Virus record (IMG/VR): IMGVR_UViG_3300021093_000054
Span: 1 to 64,000 of that record
Source: a virus
Length of the DNA: 64,000 nucleotides
Reading direction: 5' to 3' (one strand)
Shown here: piece after piece, positions 1 to 9,902 of the stretch
Layout of the letters: the number at the start of each line of letters is the position of its first letter
Numbering within the stretch: the stretch's first letter is position 1
Notes under the pieces: model-generated
The model's database searches: none
Seen by the model: the letters and a program-made list of their open reading frames with translations, nothing else
What the model was told of the DNA's origin: nothing
Program-made: the position numbers and the translations under genes

Positions 1-559
1 CTGGATTTGTTTTAAGTTCATTGATTAGGTTTGCGATTTGGTCTATTCCCTTATTACCGAATTCATCATTAAATTCTTTGTCATCAGATTTACCACCCCA
101 ATTACGCCAACCAGCCCCATACACAGGACCTAACTCACCCCACTTCTTAGCAAACTCATCATCTGTTTTGATTCTTTCAATAAACTCATCTTTAGAGTAA
201 AGTTCAATAGTTGGAACTCCGTTAGTATCCGTTGAGTATGATTTTAGATAACGGACAATGTCTTTATCACGAATAACTTTTTTACAATAGTTCTTATACG
301 CATCACCATCCCAAATATGACAATCATTATCAACAAGGTATTTGATGTTTGTATCACCACGTAAAAACCACAACAATTCTGTTACAATTCCTTTCCAATA
401 CATTTTTTTTGTTGTGAGTAATGGAAAACCGTCTGACATTTTATGTCTAATTTGTTTTCCAAAAATAGACTTAGTTTTTCCGTTACGCGTATCCTTAACA
501 GAGCCATTTTCTATAATGTCAAATAAAAGTTCAATATATTGTTTATCTAGTTGGTTCAT
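1..559 (-). CDS. thyA: Thymidylate synthase, N-terminal part (runs off window start; missing from ORF track)
   Basis: Manual translation from ATG at 559: MNQLDKQYIELLFDIIENGSVKDTRNGKTKSIFGKQIRHKMSDGFPLLTTKKMYWKGIVTELLWFLRGDTNIKYL...IWD...WGELGPVYG..W; alternative in-frame ATG at 571. Confidence 0.95.
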   Translation of the reverse strand, partial: MNQLDKQYIELLFDIIENGSVKDTRNGKTKSIFGKQIRHKMSDGFPLLTTKKMYWKGIVTELLWFLRGDTNIKYLVDNDCHIWDGDAYKNYCKKVIRDKDIVRYLKSYSTDTNGVPTIELYSKDEFIERIKTDDEFAKKWGELGPVYGAGWRNWGGKSDDKEFNDEFGNKGIDQIANLINELKTNP

Positions 560-583
560 TTTTTTATTCATTTAATTTAATTT

Positions 584-874
584 TTATAAATCCCAAATAT
601 CTTTTCTTTTTTTATTTGAATAACGATATGAAAACCATAGCATTATTTTTCTTATTAATCTTCTCATAAAAGTATTTTTTTTGGTTATAGTTTTACTGAA
701 TCTGTTTTGATTACCCATACTATCGTAATCAGTATAAGAATCTTTATAAGCCATAGGTGATGGTAAATCACTGTACTCACACCAAAAGTCATCTTTATTT
801 ATTTTTTTGTTCATATTATTTGAACTGTTTCTTGAATTTTTCATTGTTTTCCCATTTTTCAAAAAATTCTTCAA
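584..874 (-). CDS. Hypothetical protein
   Basis: ORF in the co-directional minus-strand run; true start probably one of the downstream Mets. Confidence 0.55.
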   Translation of the reverse strand: MKNFLKNGKTMKNSRNSSNNMNKKINKDDFWCEYSDLPSPMAYKDSYTDYDSMGNQNRFSKTITKKNTFMRRLIRKIMLWFSYRYSNKKRKDIWDL

Positions 875-1064
875 ATGTGTATTCTCTTACTTTATTTTGA
901 TTTGGGTCATCAATAAGAAACTCATAATCAGGTTCTTCTAATTTTTTGATAAACTTTAAATACTTTTTGTACCTTTTTTCAAAAGTATCGTCAATAATAA
1001 CCTCGACTGGTTCGACAAAAAACATATTCATCCCAACACCTAAATTAACTTCTATTGTTTTCAT
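816..1064 (-). CDS. Hypothetical protein
   Basis: ORF track, co-directional packing. Confidence 0.6.
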   Translation of the reverse strand: MKTIEVNLGVGMNMFFVEPVEVIIDDTFEKRYKKYLKFIKKLEEPDYEFLIDDPNQNKVREYTFEEFFEKWENNEKFKKQFK

Positions 1065-1073
1065 TTTTTATAT

Positions 1074-1244
1074 TTATTTTATGAGTTGATTTTTATCTTT
1101 AATTTGTACCAAATCAAGTGAAGTATGACCTGTCACATTGTTTGGTAATACATAAACAACTTTTTTTCCACCAAAGTAATGTAAATCTTTTTTAATTTCA
1201 CCATCTACTATCTGGTTATAAATTTTCAATTTAATTTTTTTCAT
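1074..1244 (-). CDS. Small hypothetical protein (56 aa, not in ORF track)
   Basis: Manual translation MKKIKLKIYNQIVDGEIKKDLHYFGGKK...; fills a gap in the operon. Confidence 0.5.
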   Translation of the reverse strand: MKKIKLKIYNQIVDGEIKKDLHYFGGKKVVYVLPNNVTGHTSLDLVQIKDKNQLIK

Positions 1245-1397
1245 TTTATAATTCCTAATTCTTTTCTGTATTTATTTATCAATTTTCTTTCTTCACAAAA
1301 CTTGTCATTATCAGTAGCTTTATGTCCCCTTAAAACTTCTTCAGTTATTTTCAATTCAGTTTTTAAAATATAAGTTAACTTCTCAGAATCTGTTAAA

Positions 1398-2612
1398 TTA
1401 TTTTCCATTTAAATCAAATTTGATTTCTTCAGATGGTATATTAGATTCGACCATTGTTTCTTTATCAATTTCATACCCATCATCATTTTTATAGTCATTT
1501 AACAACTCATCATTTGATAATGTTTTAAAATCATTTTTTAAATTATTAATATCAAGTTTATAGCTAATTTTGTGTTTAATATCTTCTATTTCAGTTACAT
1601 TTTTAATTGACTTATCTATTTGATATATAATTTTATATGGGTCAGCGTTTGAACCAGGTCTTCTATCTTCAACATAACCTTTCCAATTTTCTGCAGTTTG
1701 TTGTGGTACTCTGATTGATGCTCCTCTATCAGAAATACCCCAACTGAATTTATCAATCGATTGTGTTTCGTAATTTCCAGTCAACCTTAATTCATTTGAT
1801 GAACCGTATTCTTTGATGTGTTCCCAATGTCTTAAATCAAAACTTGCAAACAATGATTCAAAATATTCTTTTCCTCCTTCTTCTCTCATTTTCTGGTTTG
1901 AAAAATTTGTATGTAATCCAGACCCATTCCATTGTCCGTGTGTAAGTGGTTTTGGATGTAATTCAATGTGGTAACCAAATTTTTCAGAAATTTTATATAA
2001 AAAATATCTACTCATCCATAAATCATCCCCACCCTTTAGTTTACCTTTTGAGAATACTTGATATTCCCATTGACCTAATGCAACTTCGGCATTTGTACCA
2101 GTAATGTCAATACCATAATCCAAACACATATCAAGATGTTCTTCAACTAAGTCTCTTCCTATTACATTATGTCCAACACCACAGTAGTATTCTCCCTGTC
2201 CTTTTAAAATATTTCTTTTATGTCCAAGTATATTTCCGTTAATTTCTTCCCTAATGAAATATTCTTGTTCAAAACCTAACCATAAATCTTCCTGTTCTTT
2301 ACCAATTTTTGATCTCATATTGGATTCGTGTGAAGTGCCGTCAGGGTTCATTACTTCACACAAAACATATATTGTTTTGTTTTCAGAAGGAAAATTACAA
2401 TGTTTGTACAAAGCAACCGGTTTTAATATTCTGTCAGAATTTCGAGTTTCAGCCTGATTTGTTGATGAACCATCGAAATTCCAAGTTGGTAGATTGATAC
2501 CATCGTCCATATTTCTGACAATTTTTTCGTAGTCAATAATTTTTACTTTACTTCTTAAATTGGCTTCTGGTTTATAACCATCCAACCATACGTACTCTAA
2601 TTTAACTTTCAT
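1398..2612 (-). CDS. glnII: Glutamine synthetase, type II (GSII)
   Basis: Motifs LEYVWLDG, NFDGSST, GFEQEY, GQWEYQ, WNGSGLHTNFS, RGASIRVP, EDRRPGSNADPY. Confidence 0.93.
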   Translation of the reverse strand: MKVKLEYVWLDGYKPEANLRSKVKIIDYEKIVRNMDDGINLPTWNFDGSSTNQAETRNSDRILKPVALYKHCNFPSENKTIYVLCEVMNPDGTSHESNMRSKIGKEQEDLWLGFEQEYFIREEINGNILGHKRNILKGQGEYYCGVGHNVIGRDLVEEHLDMCLDYGIDITGTNAEVALGQWEYQVFSKGKLKGGDDLWMSRYFLYKISEKFGYHIELHPKPLTHGQWNGSGLHTNFSNQKMREEGGKEYFESLFASFDLRHWEHIKEYGSSNELRLTGNYETQSIDKFSWGISDRGASIRVPQQTAENWKGYVEDRRPGSNADPYKIIYQIDKSIKNVTEIEDIKHKISYKLDINNLKNDFKTLSNDELLNDYKNDDGYEIDKETMVESNIPSEEIKFDLNGK

Positions 2613-2888
2613 TTTTTTATTTTATTTATTTATATTTATTTTTTAAGTATTTATTCCACTGTTCTTGTTTTCTTCCGTTGATGAAGAACCAAACCCAATT
2701 TAGTTCAAACCATCTGTTTAATTTCTTTAACATACTATTTCTTATTTAACTTAAATGTGTCTGGATCCAAATAATCACATATTACCATCGTAATAAGTCC
2801 TGGTAATCCAACAATAAGTGCTGGAATTGCTAGAATCACTGAAATGACTCTAAGGGTGTAATAAAGTATTTTTTTCATATTAATAATA

Positions 2889-4106
2889 TTAAACAAAAAC
2901 TTTTGGTAAGTCAGCCCAAGATGTTGTATATTTTTGGGTAATATACTCTTGTTTCATTTCCCAATCTTTAATTTCATTTACTGGTGGTTCAACATAATTT
3001 ATTTCTTCTTCAAATAAAGAACACTGTATAACATTTTCTGGTGTTAATTCATTGAATATTATACCGCACTTCTTAAACTTTTCTTTTTTATCACAAATCA
3101 TTTTAAACTGGTCATATATTTGAGACCATATTTCATCACTATCACTTGTTGGGTTCTGTAAGTTTATTGTTTTTGAATAATGGTACTTATCTCCCTTGTG
3201 GTAATTACCAGAAACAAATATTGTAGCTTTATTTGCTAGTACACTAGACTGATTTAGTTTTTTTGTACCGCTAACTATATAGTTATACATAGCTTCACCC
3301 ATTTGTTCAAAGTCAGTTACGTCTTTACCAAAAGACCTTGTAGACGCAATATTTCTTTTTAATTTAGTTTGTTTTTGAATTTGGTAACAATATAACCCTT
3401 TTAGTTCTAGTTGTGTTTTAGATCCATTTACGTTTGTTAATTTCCTAACAGTATAATCACTTGTGTTAATAAATTGTCCAACTGTTTCAACACCAATATT
3501 TTTAAATTTTTTATACCATTTCCTTCCAATCCCCCAGACTTCATCAAGTGGAATTGAGTAGCATATATTTTCAAAATTTGGTACATCCCAATAAGAACAC
3601 ACACCATTATAGTTAGGTTGTTTTTTTGCAAAATATGATGTGAGTTTTGCCAGAGTTTTATTTGGTCCAACACCTATTGATACAGGTATACCAGTTTGTC
3701 TATAGACTTCATTTTTAATTCCGCGTAAAGTATCAAGTAAATGTTCGTCTGGAATGTTTGAAAAATCAACAAATGACTCATCAATTGAATATACTTCAAT
3801 GTCATTTGCAAAACTTTTAATTAGAGTCATCACTCGGTCTGACATATCACCATAAAGATTATAATTAGACGAATAAACACAGAATTTATGTTGATCCATA
3901 AAATCTCTACTTTTAAAAAATGGTTCACCCATTTTAATTCCCAAATCTTTTGCTTCTTGTGACCGAGCAATTACACAGCCATCATTATTAGATAAAACAA
4001 CCGTTGGTCTTCCAATTGATTCTGGATTAAATAATCTTTCACAACTGACATAAAAGTTGTTACAATCAATTATACCAATCTTTTTTAAACTTTTTTTAGA
4101 ACCCAT
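2889..4106 (-). CDS. umuC: Y-family DNA polymerase V catalytic subunit UmuC
   Basis: IIDCNNFYVSCERLFNP, VVLSNNDGCVIARS, YSIDESF, VWGIG; C-terminal W.MKQE...YTT.W. Confidence 0.93.
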   Translation of the reverse strand: MGSKKSLKKIGIIDCNNFYVSCERLFNPESIGRPTVVLSNNDGCVIARSQEAKDLGIKMGEPFFKSRDFMDQHKFCVYSSNYNLYGDMSDRVMTLIKSFANDIEVYSIDESFVDFSNIPDEHLLDTLRGIKNEVYRQTGIPVSIGVGPNKTLAKLTSYFAKKQPNYNGVCSYWDVPNFENICYSIPLDEVWGIGRKWYKKFKNIGVETVGQFINTSDYTVRKLTNVNGSKTQLELKGLYCYQIQKQTKLKRNIASTRSFGKDVTDFEQMGEAMYNYIVSGTKKLNQSSVLANKATIFVSGNYHKGDKYHYSKTINLQNPTSDSDEIWSQIYDQFKMICDKKEKFKKCGIIFNELTPENVIQCSLFEEEINYVEPPVNEIKDWEMKQEYITQKYTTSWADLPKVFV

Positions 4107-4411
4107 GTTATTTTACCCCATAAATTTTTTTGACCATTATATTCTCTAATTTTGAAAAATGATTTATCTATTAAAACAACCAAATCATTTTCTTTTGGTT
4201 CTTCTGACCTATCAATAACCAATGTGTCTCCATCTTTAACGCCAAATACATTAGGACCGGAATATCTGAAATAAAATGTTGTATAAATGTTTTTAACAAT
4301 TAAATCATTTAAGTCTAATCTCTTATCAACATAAGTTTCAGCTGGAGATGGAAAACCAGTTGTTTTAGCTTTAATATGTAAATTATTTTTTTTTATTTTT
4401 GTATTCATCAT
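4085..4411 (-). CDS. umuD: UmuD-like S24 family protein (catalytic Ser apparently absent)
   Basis: GFPSPA..Y...LDLN.L, DGDTLVIDRS; directly upstream of and overlapping umuC. Confidence 0.8.
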   Translation of the reverse strand: MMNTKIKKNNLHIKAKTTGFPSPAETYVDKRLDLNDLIVKNIYTTFYFRYSGPNVFGVKDGDTLVIDRSEEPKENDLVVLIDKSFFKIREYNGQKNLWGKITWVLKKV

Positions 4412-4476
4412 AAAAATATTGAATTACCCAAGATGTGAATACAAGAAAGATTACACACCACATTCCAAGTAATACA

Positions 4477-4710
4477 TTAACAAATGTCACCATTTTTAAA
4501 TTCTTCTATAAAGTTTATAATTTCTTCTTTTGTTTTTCCAGAATTAAACATTCTATATACATCCCTTGAAAATTCATCGGTTAGATAAACAGCGTCAGCA
4601 TCTAAATAGTCCATTATATTTTCAAGGTTTAATAATATACCATCTTTCTTTAAAAATCTTTTATTAAATCCCATAATTATAAATTTAACAAATATTTCTA
4701 ATAAATTCAA
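4477..4710 (-). CDS. Hypothetical protein
   Basis: ORF track; real start probably MGFNKRF. Confidence 0.55.
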   Translation of the reverse strand: MNLLEIFVKFIIMGFNKRFLKKDGILLNLENIMDYLDADAVYLTDEFSRDVYRMFNSGKTKEEIINFIEEFKNGDIC

Positions 4711-4713
4711 ATA

Positions 4714-5982
4714 TTAAAGAAACAATTTTTTTGATTGTTTTTCACGATGAAATTTAATTGCAAAACGGTGAACTTCTTCTTGAATTTTACCAAACATTGT
4801 AAAGTTCATATCATCTTTGATATCAAATTCCGAACCATCAACTTTGTGAATTATGGATGACTTGTGATTTGAATCTTTTGATATTGAAATAAGGTCAACC
4901 TGGTTTAATATTCCAAGTTCTTCAAATACTCTTCTGGCAATACCAAGTTGTCCTTTACCACCATCAATGACTACAAGATCTGGAAGTTTTTGTTTTTCAT
5001 CAATTAACCGTTTGAATCTACGATTAAGTATTTCATCAAACGATGCGTAGTCATCAATACCATCCACAGTCCTAATAATATACTTACGGTATTCAGACTT
5101 AACTGGATTGTCGTTTTGATATCTAACTGATGCTGCAACATTTGAATCTCCCTGGTTGTGTGAATTATCAAATGCCTCAATTGTTTGTGGAAGATTAATA
5201 AGACCAAGGATATTTTTAACATCAAAAGCTTTCTTGTTGTATTTCTGTAATCTTATAACATTCAACTTACTATCGATACTTTCCAAATTTGTAAGTTTCG
5301 ATAATATGTTTTGTGCTTTTTCAAATTCAAGATTGTCAGAATGATACTTCATTGTTTTTTTCAACTTTGTTTTCAAACTGGAAACATTAAGTGATAGAAT
5401 CTTTTTCACATCACGCACAATCTCATTGTAATAAAACTTTTTTATGTTATTTACACAAGGTGCATTACACCTTCCAAGGTGAAATTCAAGACAAGTTTTG
5501 AACTTTTCTTTTGTGATATTTTCTTCAGTCAAATCATACGAACAACTACGAAGTTCAAACACATCGTGAATCAGATTGTAGATTTCACGACATAACATTC
5601 CAGATGTAAAATCAAGTGACAATCTATCATCCTGTTTGTCACGGACAATCTCAAGTTTTGAGAAATCTTCTTCGGTAAAACATAAAGACCATTTTCTTGT
5701 CTTGTCGTCCTTTCCTTTGATGTTGAACTTTGGTTTGTATAATTTGATTAGTTCTTCTTCAAGGATGATTGCTTCTTGTTCTGATGATGTAATCTTGAAC
5801 TCAACATCAACAATGTTTTCAACAAGGGTTTTTGTTTTACCGATATGATTTTTTTGGAAGTAAGATGAAACTCTTTTTGGTAAAAACTTTGACATACCAA
5901 CATAGATAATTTGTTCTTTGTCATTTTTGAACAAATAACATCCTGGGTTTTGTGGTATGTTTTTAAGTTTATCCGAAATCAT
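4714..5982 (-). CDS. uvrC: UvrC-like excinuclease (GIY-YIG, Cys-rich, UVR and RNase H-like domains; no C-terminal HhH)
   Basis: PGCYLFK...IIYVG..K.L.KRVSSYF, CL.FHLGRC.APC, IEAFDNSH, DDYASF, LPDLVVIDGGKGQL, EEVHRFAI; start moved to ATG 5982, 4 nt after TATCTTTG. Confidence 0.92.
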   Translation of the reverse strand: MISDKLKNIPQNPGCYLFKNDKEQIIYVGMSKFLPKRVSSYFQKNHIGKTKTLVENIVDVEFKITSSEQEAIILEEELIKLYKPKFNIKGKDDKTRKWSLCFTEEDFSKLEIVRDKQDDRLSLDFTSGMLCREIYNLIHDVFELRSCSYDLTEENITKEKFKTCLEFHLGRCNAPCVNNIKKFYYNEIVRDVKKILSLNVSSLKTKLKKTMKYHSDNLEFEKAQNILSKLTNLESIDSKLNVIRLQKYNKKAFDVKNILGLINLPQTIEAFDNSHNQGDSNVAASVRYQNDNPVKSEYRKYIIRTVDGIDDYASFDEILNRRFKRLIDEKQKLPDLVVIDGGKGQLGIARRVFEELGILNQVDLISISKDSNHKSSIIHKVDGSEFDIKDDMNFTMFGKIQEEVHRFAIKFHREKQSKKLFL

Positions 5983-5986
5983 ATCA

Positions 5987-5994
5987 CAAAGATA
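5987..5994 (-). promoter_or_regulatory. Bacteroidota-type -7 promoter element TATCTTTG for uvrC (leaderless)
   Basis: TATCTTTG-TGAT-ATG; matches the TAnnTTTG consensus. Confidence 0.7.
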
Positions 5995-6004
5995 TGAATA
6001 ATAT

Positions 6005-6208
6005 TTAAAATAACAAACCAATCATAACACCAAATCCAAATCCAGACATAAAAAGTAATCCAGCAAGAATAAAAATGTATTTTTTCATTTTACCAAAACC
6101 AAACATATCTTGGTTTGGTAATTGTGGCATAAATGGATTTTTCTGAAAATTTTTCATCATTTCGTTCAGACCTTTGAACATATCTGGGTCAATTTTGTGT
6201 TTACTCAT
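6005..6208 (-). CDS. Hypothetical membrane protein
   Basis: C-terminal hydrophobic helix. Confidence 0.6.
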   Translation of the reverse strand: MSKHKIDPDMFKGLNEMMKNFQKNPFMPQLPNQDMFGFGKMKKYIFILAGLLFMSGFGFGVMIGLLF

Positions 6209-6209
6209 A

Positions 6210-6437
6210 TTAATTAAGTATTATAGGATTATTTTTAATTAAATTTTTTCTTTTTAATTCTATTTTATATTTTAAATCAATAATAAATGGGAGTGCTAAC
6301 ATACCATCATAATCATCTTTTTTCATTTGATTTTCAAAATTACTAATCAACTTTTCACAAGTTGTTAGTTGATCCCAATTTACTGAAGATCTAATAACAC
6401 CCTCAATCCATTTTTTTATTTGATATTTTTCTGTCAT
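6210..6437 (-). CDS. Hypothetical protein
   Basis: ORF track, tight packing. Confidence 0.6.
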   Translation of the reverse strand: MTEKYQIKKWIEGVIRSSVNWDQLTTCEKLISNFENQMKKDDYDGMLALPFIIDLKYKIELKRKNLIKNNPIILN

Positions 6438-6455
6438 TTTTTATAATTTTTAATA

Positions 6456-6860
6456 TTAATCTAGTAAAAAAATACAATCTTCAAATTCATAATTTTGTTC
6501 ACTTCTTTCTGATATAACAATAAACTTATATTTCATACCAATTATTTCGTTACCATGTGAAGTTAGTGAACCATCTTCATTTGGGGGTATAATTTTAAAT
6601 GGTGTTTCGAATTGTATACTATCGTGTGATATAATTGCTTTTACTTTATCAGTCCAAGTTGAAAGTCCATATTTTCCTTTGTACCTAAAATTTTTACCAA
6701 CCAATTGTTTCATATCAAAGGTTGGTATTACGATTTCTTCTTCCGAAAGTAAAGGATTCCTTTTTCCTGTTAGTTCCTCGTAATAAGGATTTAATTCTCC
6801 TGTTTGTGGATCGTGTGTTGGTATTTTACCCATTGTACAACGTATATAATCTTTGAGCAA
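6456..6860 (-). CDS. Hypothetical protein
   Basis: ORF; DPQTGELNPYYEELTG motif; real start probably MGKIPT. Confidence 0.6.
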   Translation of the reverse strand: MLKDYIRCTMGKIPTHDPQTGELNPYYEELTGKRNPLLSEEEIVIPTFDMKQLVGKNFRYKGKYGLSTWTDKVKAIISHDSIQFETPFKIIPPNEDGSLTSHGNEIIGMKYKFIVISERSEQNYEFEDCIFLLD

Positions 6861-7011
6861 TTAATTTTAAATCATTTTCTAACTTACCAATCCTTTTTTT
6901 ATCATCTTCAGTTAATTCAAACTTTTCTGCTTTAATATCAGCAATTTCATTTATAATTCTCCTATGTTGTTCCATAAGAGTCCCTTGCATTATTCTTTTA
7001 TCGTTTCTCAT
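6826..7011 (-). CDS. Hypothetical coiled-coil protein
   Basis: ORF track. Confidence 0.55.
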   Translation of the reverse strand: MRNDKRIMQGTLMEQHRRIINEIADIKAEKFELTEDDKKRIGKLENDLKLIAQRLYTLYNG

Positions 7012-7013
7012 AT

Positions 7014-7271
7014 TTATTTTTTATTTTTAACTATTGCTTTTGTTAATTGGTTTATTAGTCCCTGGACTTCTCCGAATTCGTAGAATCTTACATTTGGGTC
7101 CGTGTTGAAAAAATCAACATACCAGTTACCGTCTTTTATTTCTTCATTTGTTGGTGTTATAAATGTTAGACCATCAACAATATCCAAAACATAATAATAG
7201 GACTCATCTTCATCGTGTTCTCTAATTTCTTCACTTTTGAAACCTAAAAGTATTAATTCTCTTTCTGTCAT
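7014..7271 (-). CDS. Hypothetical protein
   Basis: ORF track; N-terminal TERELILLGF motif. Confidence 0.65.
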   Translation of the reverse strand: MTERELILLGFKSEEIREHDEDESYYYVLDIVDGLTFITPTNEEIKDGNWYVDFFNTDPNVRFYEFGEVQGLINQLTKAIVKNKK

Positions 7272-7516
7272 TTTATAAGTTTTACTTTGGTTACTTTTCC
7301 TTTTTTATCTGTTTTATATTTAATTCTAAAACTATCTTCAATTGTGTATTCACCTTCTTCCATATTCAAACAATACCATTCACAACTATCGTGGTGATAA
7401 AGATGAACGTGTATTTTTTCGAGTTCTTCACAACGTTGATATTCAATATCTTTATACATCCAATTTGAACAACTAGACAAAGATAGTAATAAAATTATTA
7501 AGTTCAAAATTTTCAT
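7268..7516 (-). CDS. Putative lipoprotein
   Basis: Signal peptide with LSSC lipobox. Confidence 0.6.
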   Translation of the reverse strand: MKILNLIILLLSLSSCSNWMYKDIEYQRCEELEKIHVHLYHHDSCEWYCLNMEEGEYTIEDSFRIKYKTDKKGKVTKVKLIK

Positions 7517-7779
7517 GTGTCTCTTGATGTTAATTCGTCTAATATTTCTTCAATTTTCTTTTCAGATTTTTTAAATTTTTGACTATGGTAATAATATAAA
7601 ATTATAATAGCAAATAAAAAAAGAAATAAAATTGGTAACGAGATTATTTGTAAAAAAGCTAAAATAAATTCAAAAACTAATACAACAACAAATATAACTG
7701 TTGATATAATATGGATATCCATTTTACGTATTTCATTGTAGGCTAAATCCAACAATTCTTGGTCTTTTAATTCTTTCAT
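7513..7779 (-). CDS. Hypothetical membrane protein (2 TM)
   Basis: Two hydrophobic segments. Confidence 0.6.
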   Translation of the reverse strand: MKELKDQELLDLAYNEIRKMDIHIISTVIFVVVLVFEFILAFLQIISLPILFLFLFAIIILYYYHSQKFKKSEKKIEEILDELTSRDT

Positions 7780-8018
7780 TATTCTAATTCTTTTACTTTA
7801 ATTAAACTGTGTGATGCTTCAAATCTTTTTAAGATTGTAATTAATTCTGGGATATTATCAAATGCCCATCTTTCTGTTTCTATCACATAGAAATCACCAC
7901 CACCACCATTTTGTGTTTTGATTGTGATGTATTGTTCTTTATCATCACAACAATCAGCTTCCTGGGTGAATGTCATTTGGAAATCTTGTGTCAATAGATA
8001 TTTTTTTCTATCTGTCAT
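7779..8018 (-). CDS. Hypothetical protein
   Basis: ATG at 8018 downstream of TATCTTTG (8034-8041). Confidence 0.6.
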   Translation of the reverse strand: MTDRKKYLLTQDFQMTFTQEADCCDDKEQYITIKTQNGGGGDFYVIETERWAFDNIPELITILKRFEASHSLIKVKELE

Positions 8019-8056
8019 TTTTAAATCTTTAGTCAAAGATATAAAAAATTTTCAAA

Positions 8057-8278
8057 TCAAACAAGTTTTATAATTAATTTTCCGGGATTTAAATATTCTT
8101 CCTGGTAGGTCATATTGTAATCAGAAATACATTCTTTAACAATATTTTTCATATGTTCACTGTGACCAGTAATTACCGATATTTCTTTTATTTTTTTTTG
8201 CATATTTTCCCATAGGAATTGATCCAAAATTACTTTTACATCAGAATGTCTAATCCCGTGCAAGTCCAACGAGTTCAT
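8057..8278 (-). CDS. Stand-alone Smr domain protein
   Basis: MNSLDLHG...ISVITG motifs of the Smr/MutS2 domain; start moved to 8278. Confidence 0.8.
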   Translation of the reverse strand: MNSLDLHGIRHSDVKVILDQFLWENMQKKIKEISVITGHSEHMKNIVKECISDYNMTYQEEYLNPGKLIIKLV

Positions 8279-8453
8279 CTTTAAATAGTTCTTTTGTGAA
8301 GAAATTATCTGATGGGTTGTGTTTACCAAGATTATACCTAGTATAGGTACCATCATCAAATGCTATTTTAATCATTAAAAATCCAAGATCAGATACGTAC
8401 AACTTATCCAATTTACCAACACCTTTTGGTGTTTCAATTAAAACATCATTCAT
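8250..8453 (-). CDS. Hypothetical protein
   Basis: ORF track. Confidence 0.6.
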   Translation of the reverse strand: MNDVLIETPKGVGKLDKLYVSDLGFLMIKIAFDDGTYTRYNLGKHNPSDNFFTKELFKDELVGLARD

Positions 8454-8546
8454 CTTTTTTTCCTTTTTTATATCTAATATAAAGTTCTACCGGTATTGCA
8501 AGAATTGCAACAAATAATAATCCAAATAAAATTTTTTCTAATAAAA

Positions 8547-8858
8547 TCATAAGTTATATGTTATTGTACCGTTTTCTTCAACCACTTCTAATACACCATC
8601 AGATTCTTCTTCGGTAAGTTTTTCAATTTGTTCTTGTGTCAAATTAACTTTTTCTGGACCCATATACACTTTAAATGGTTGAGTCAATGTTAATTTACTA
8701 TTCGTAATTAAATCAATTATTTGTTCATTACCACATTCAACAATTGAAGGGTATTTACCACCAACTGTTACAACAGCTTTATCACCTACTTCAAGTTTAT
8801 CTAGTGATACTAAATATGGTTTTTCATCAACGATGAATAATTTTACTTTCTTTGTCAT
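8547..8858 (-). CDS. Hypothetical protein
   Basis: ORF track. Confidence 0.65.
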   Translation of the reverse strand: MTKKVKLFIVDEKPYLVSLDKLEVGDKAVVTVGGKYPSIVECGNEQIIDLITNSKLTLTQPFKVYMGPEKVNLTQEQIEKLTEEESDGVLEVVEENGTITYNL

Positions 8859-8876
8859 TTCAATCTTTATTTATAT

Positions 8877-9191
8877 TTATAACTTCAAATCGTTTTTTGC
8901 ATTCATAGATATAATATAAGACATTAAATTTTTAACTAAAGTATCAGCATCTATATTTTTATATAATTCCGGATAACGGTCTTGAAGTATTTTATTTTCT
9001 TCATATTCCCTGCAGCTTGAAAGAATATCCGAGAGCATTGATTTTAACATATGTTCTTTATCGTATGAATCTTCAACTTTTCTTTCTAACACTTGTCCCT
9101 CAAGATCTTGTGTATATTCAATAAGTTCTTGTACTTCTGGTTTGTTAAGAAGTCCAGGATTTCTACGAAATAGTTGTTTTATGTTTTTCAA
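8877..9191 (-). CDS. Hypothetical protein
   Basis: ORF track. Confidence 0.6.
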   Translation of the reverse strand: MKNIKQLFRRNPGLLNKPEVQELIEYTQDLEGQVLERKVEDSYDKEHMLKSMLSDILSSCREYEENKILQDRYPELYKNIDADTLVKNLMSYIISMNAKNDLKL

Positions 9192-9784
9192 GTTAAATAA
9201 TTTAATATTTTTTCTTTTACTCCTAATTGTTTAATACCTTCATTAGATTTTGGTGTTAAAACGAAATTATCGATTGCCCATTCATCTTTCCACGGTTCAC
9301 CAATTTTCCCCATATTCAAATCATCTACAGAAACCCAATGTGTTATTTCAGGGTTATCGTGAAGGTATTGTTTTATTTCAATTGTTCGGGTTTGTTCCAA
9401 TTCCCATCGTGGTGACCATATAAAATTACTATCGTAATCTTTACAATTTTGTATGTTTGGTGTTAGAGCAATTGGTCGTTTGATAATCCCTTGACTCTCG
9501 TAGTAATCACCAAGTTCTTCTAATGTCGCATGAAATTTCCAATCTGAAGATACAACAATTTCACAACCAGTTTCTTCAAGAATTTCATTAAGTATCTTAA
9601 TTGCCTTTTTATCAAAATCATCAAAACGATATTCTACAGGAGCATCTTTTTTATCTTTACTACTATCTGGATTTTCACTACGATATTTCGCCCATTTTTT
9701 TAATCGTCCACCCCAATTGTTTGATAGACATATAACTGAGTCGTTATCAAGGAACAAAATTTTATGATTTTTAGTTTTTTCCAT
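9188..9784 (-). CDS. HAD-superfamily protein (HAD_SAK / RNA-repair-associated type)
   Basis: ILFLDNDSVI, IVVSSDW, WVSVDD motifs. Confidence 0.75.
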   Translation of the reverse strand: MEKTKNHKILFLDNDSVICLSNNWGGRLKKWAKYRSENPDSSKDKKDAPVEYRFDDFDKKAIKILNEILEETGCEIVVSSDWKFHATLEELGDYYESQGIIKRPIALTPNIQNCKDYDSNFIWSPRWELEQTRTIEIKQYLHDNPEITHWVSVDDLNMGKIGEPWKDEWAIDNFVLTPKSNEGIKQLGVKEKILNYLT

Positions 9785-9902
9785 TTTATATGATATTTAT
9801 AGATATAGTAATTGATTAAATGTTTTTACAAAGATAATGAAAAATGAATAAAAAAGAGTATGGTGGTTTTAAGTGGGAAGTTTTTAGATAAAAAATTATT
9901 TT

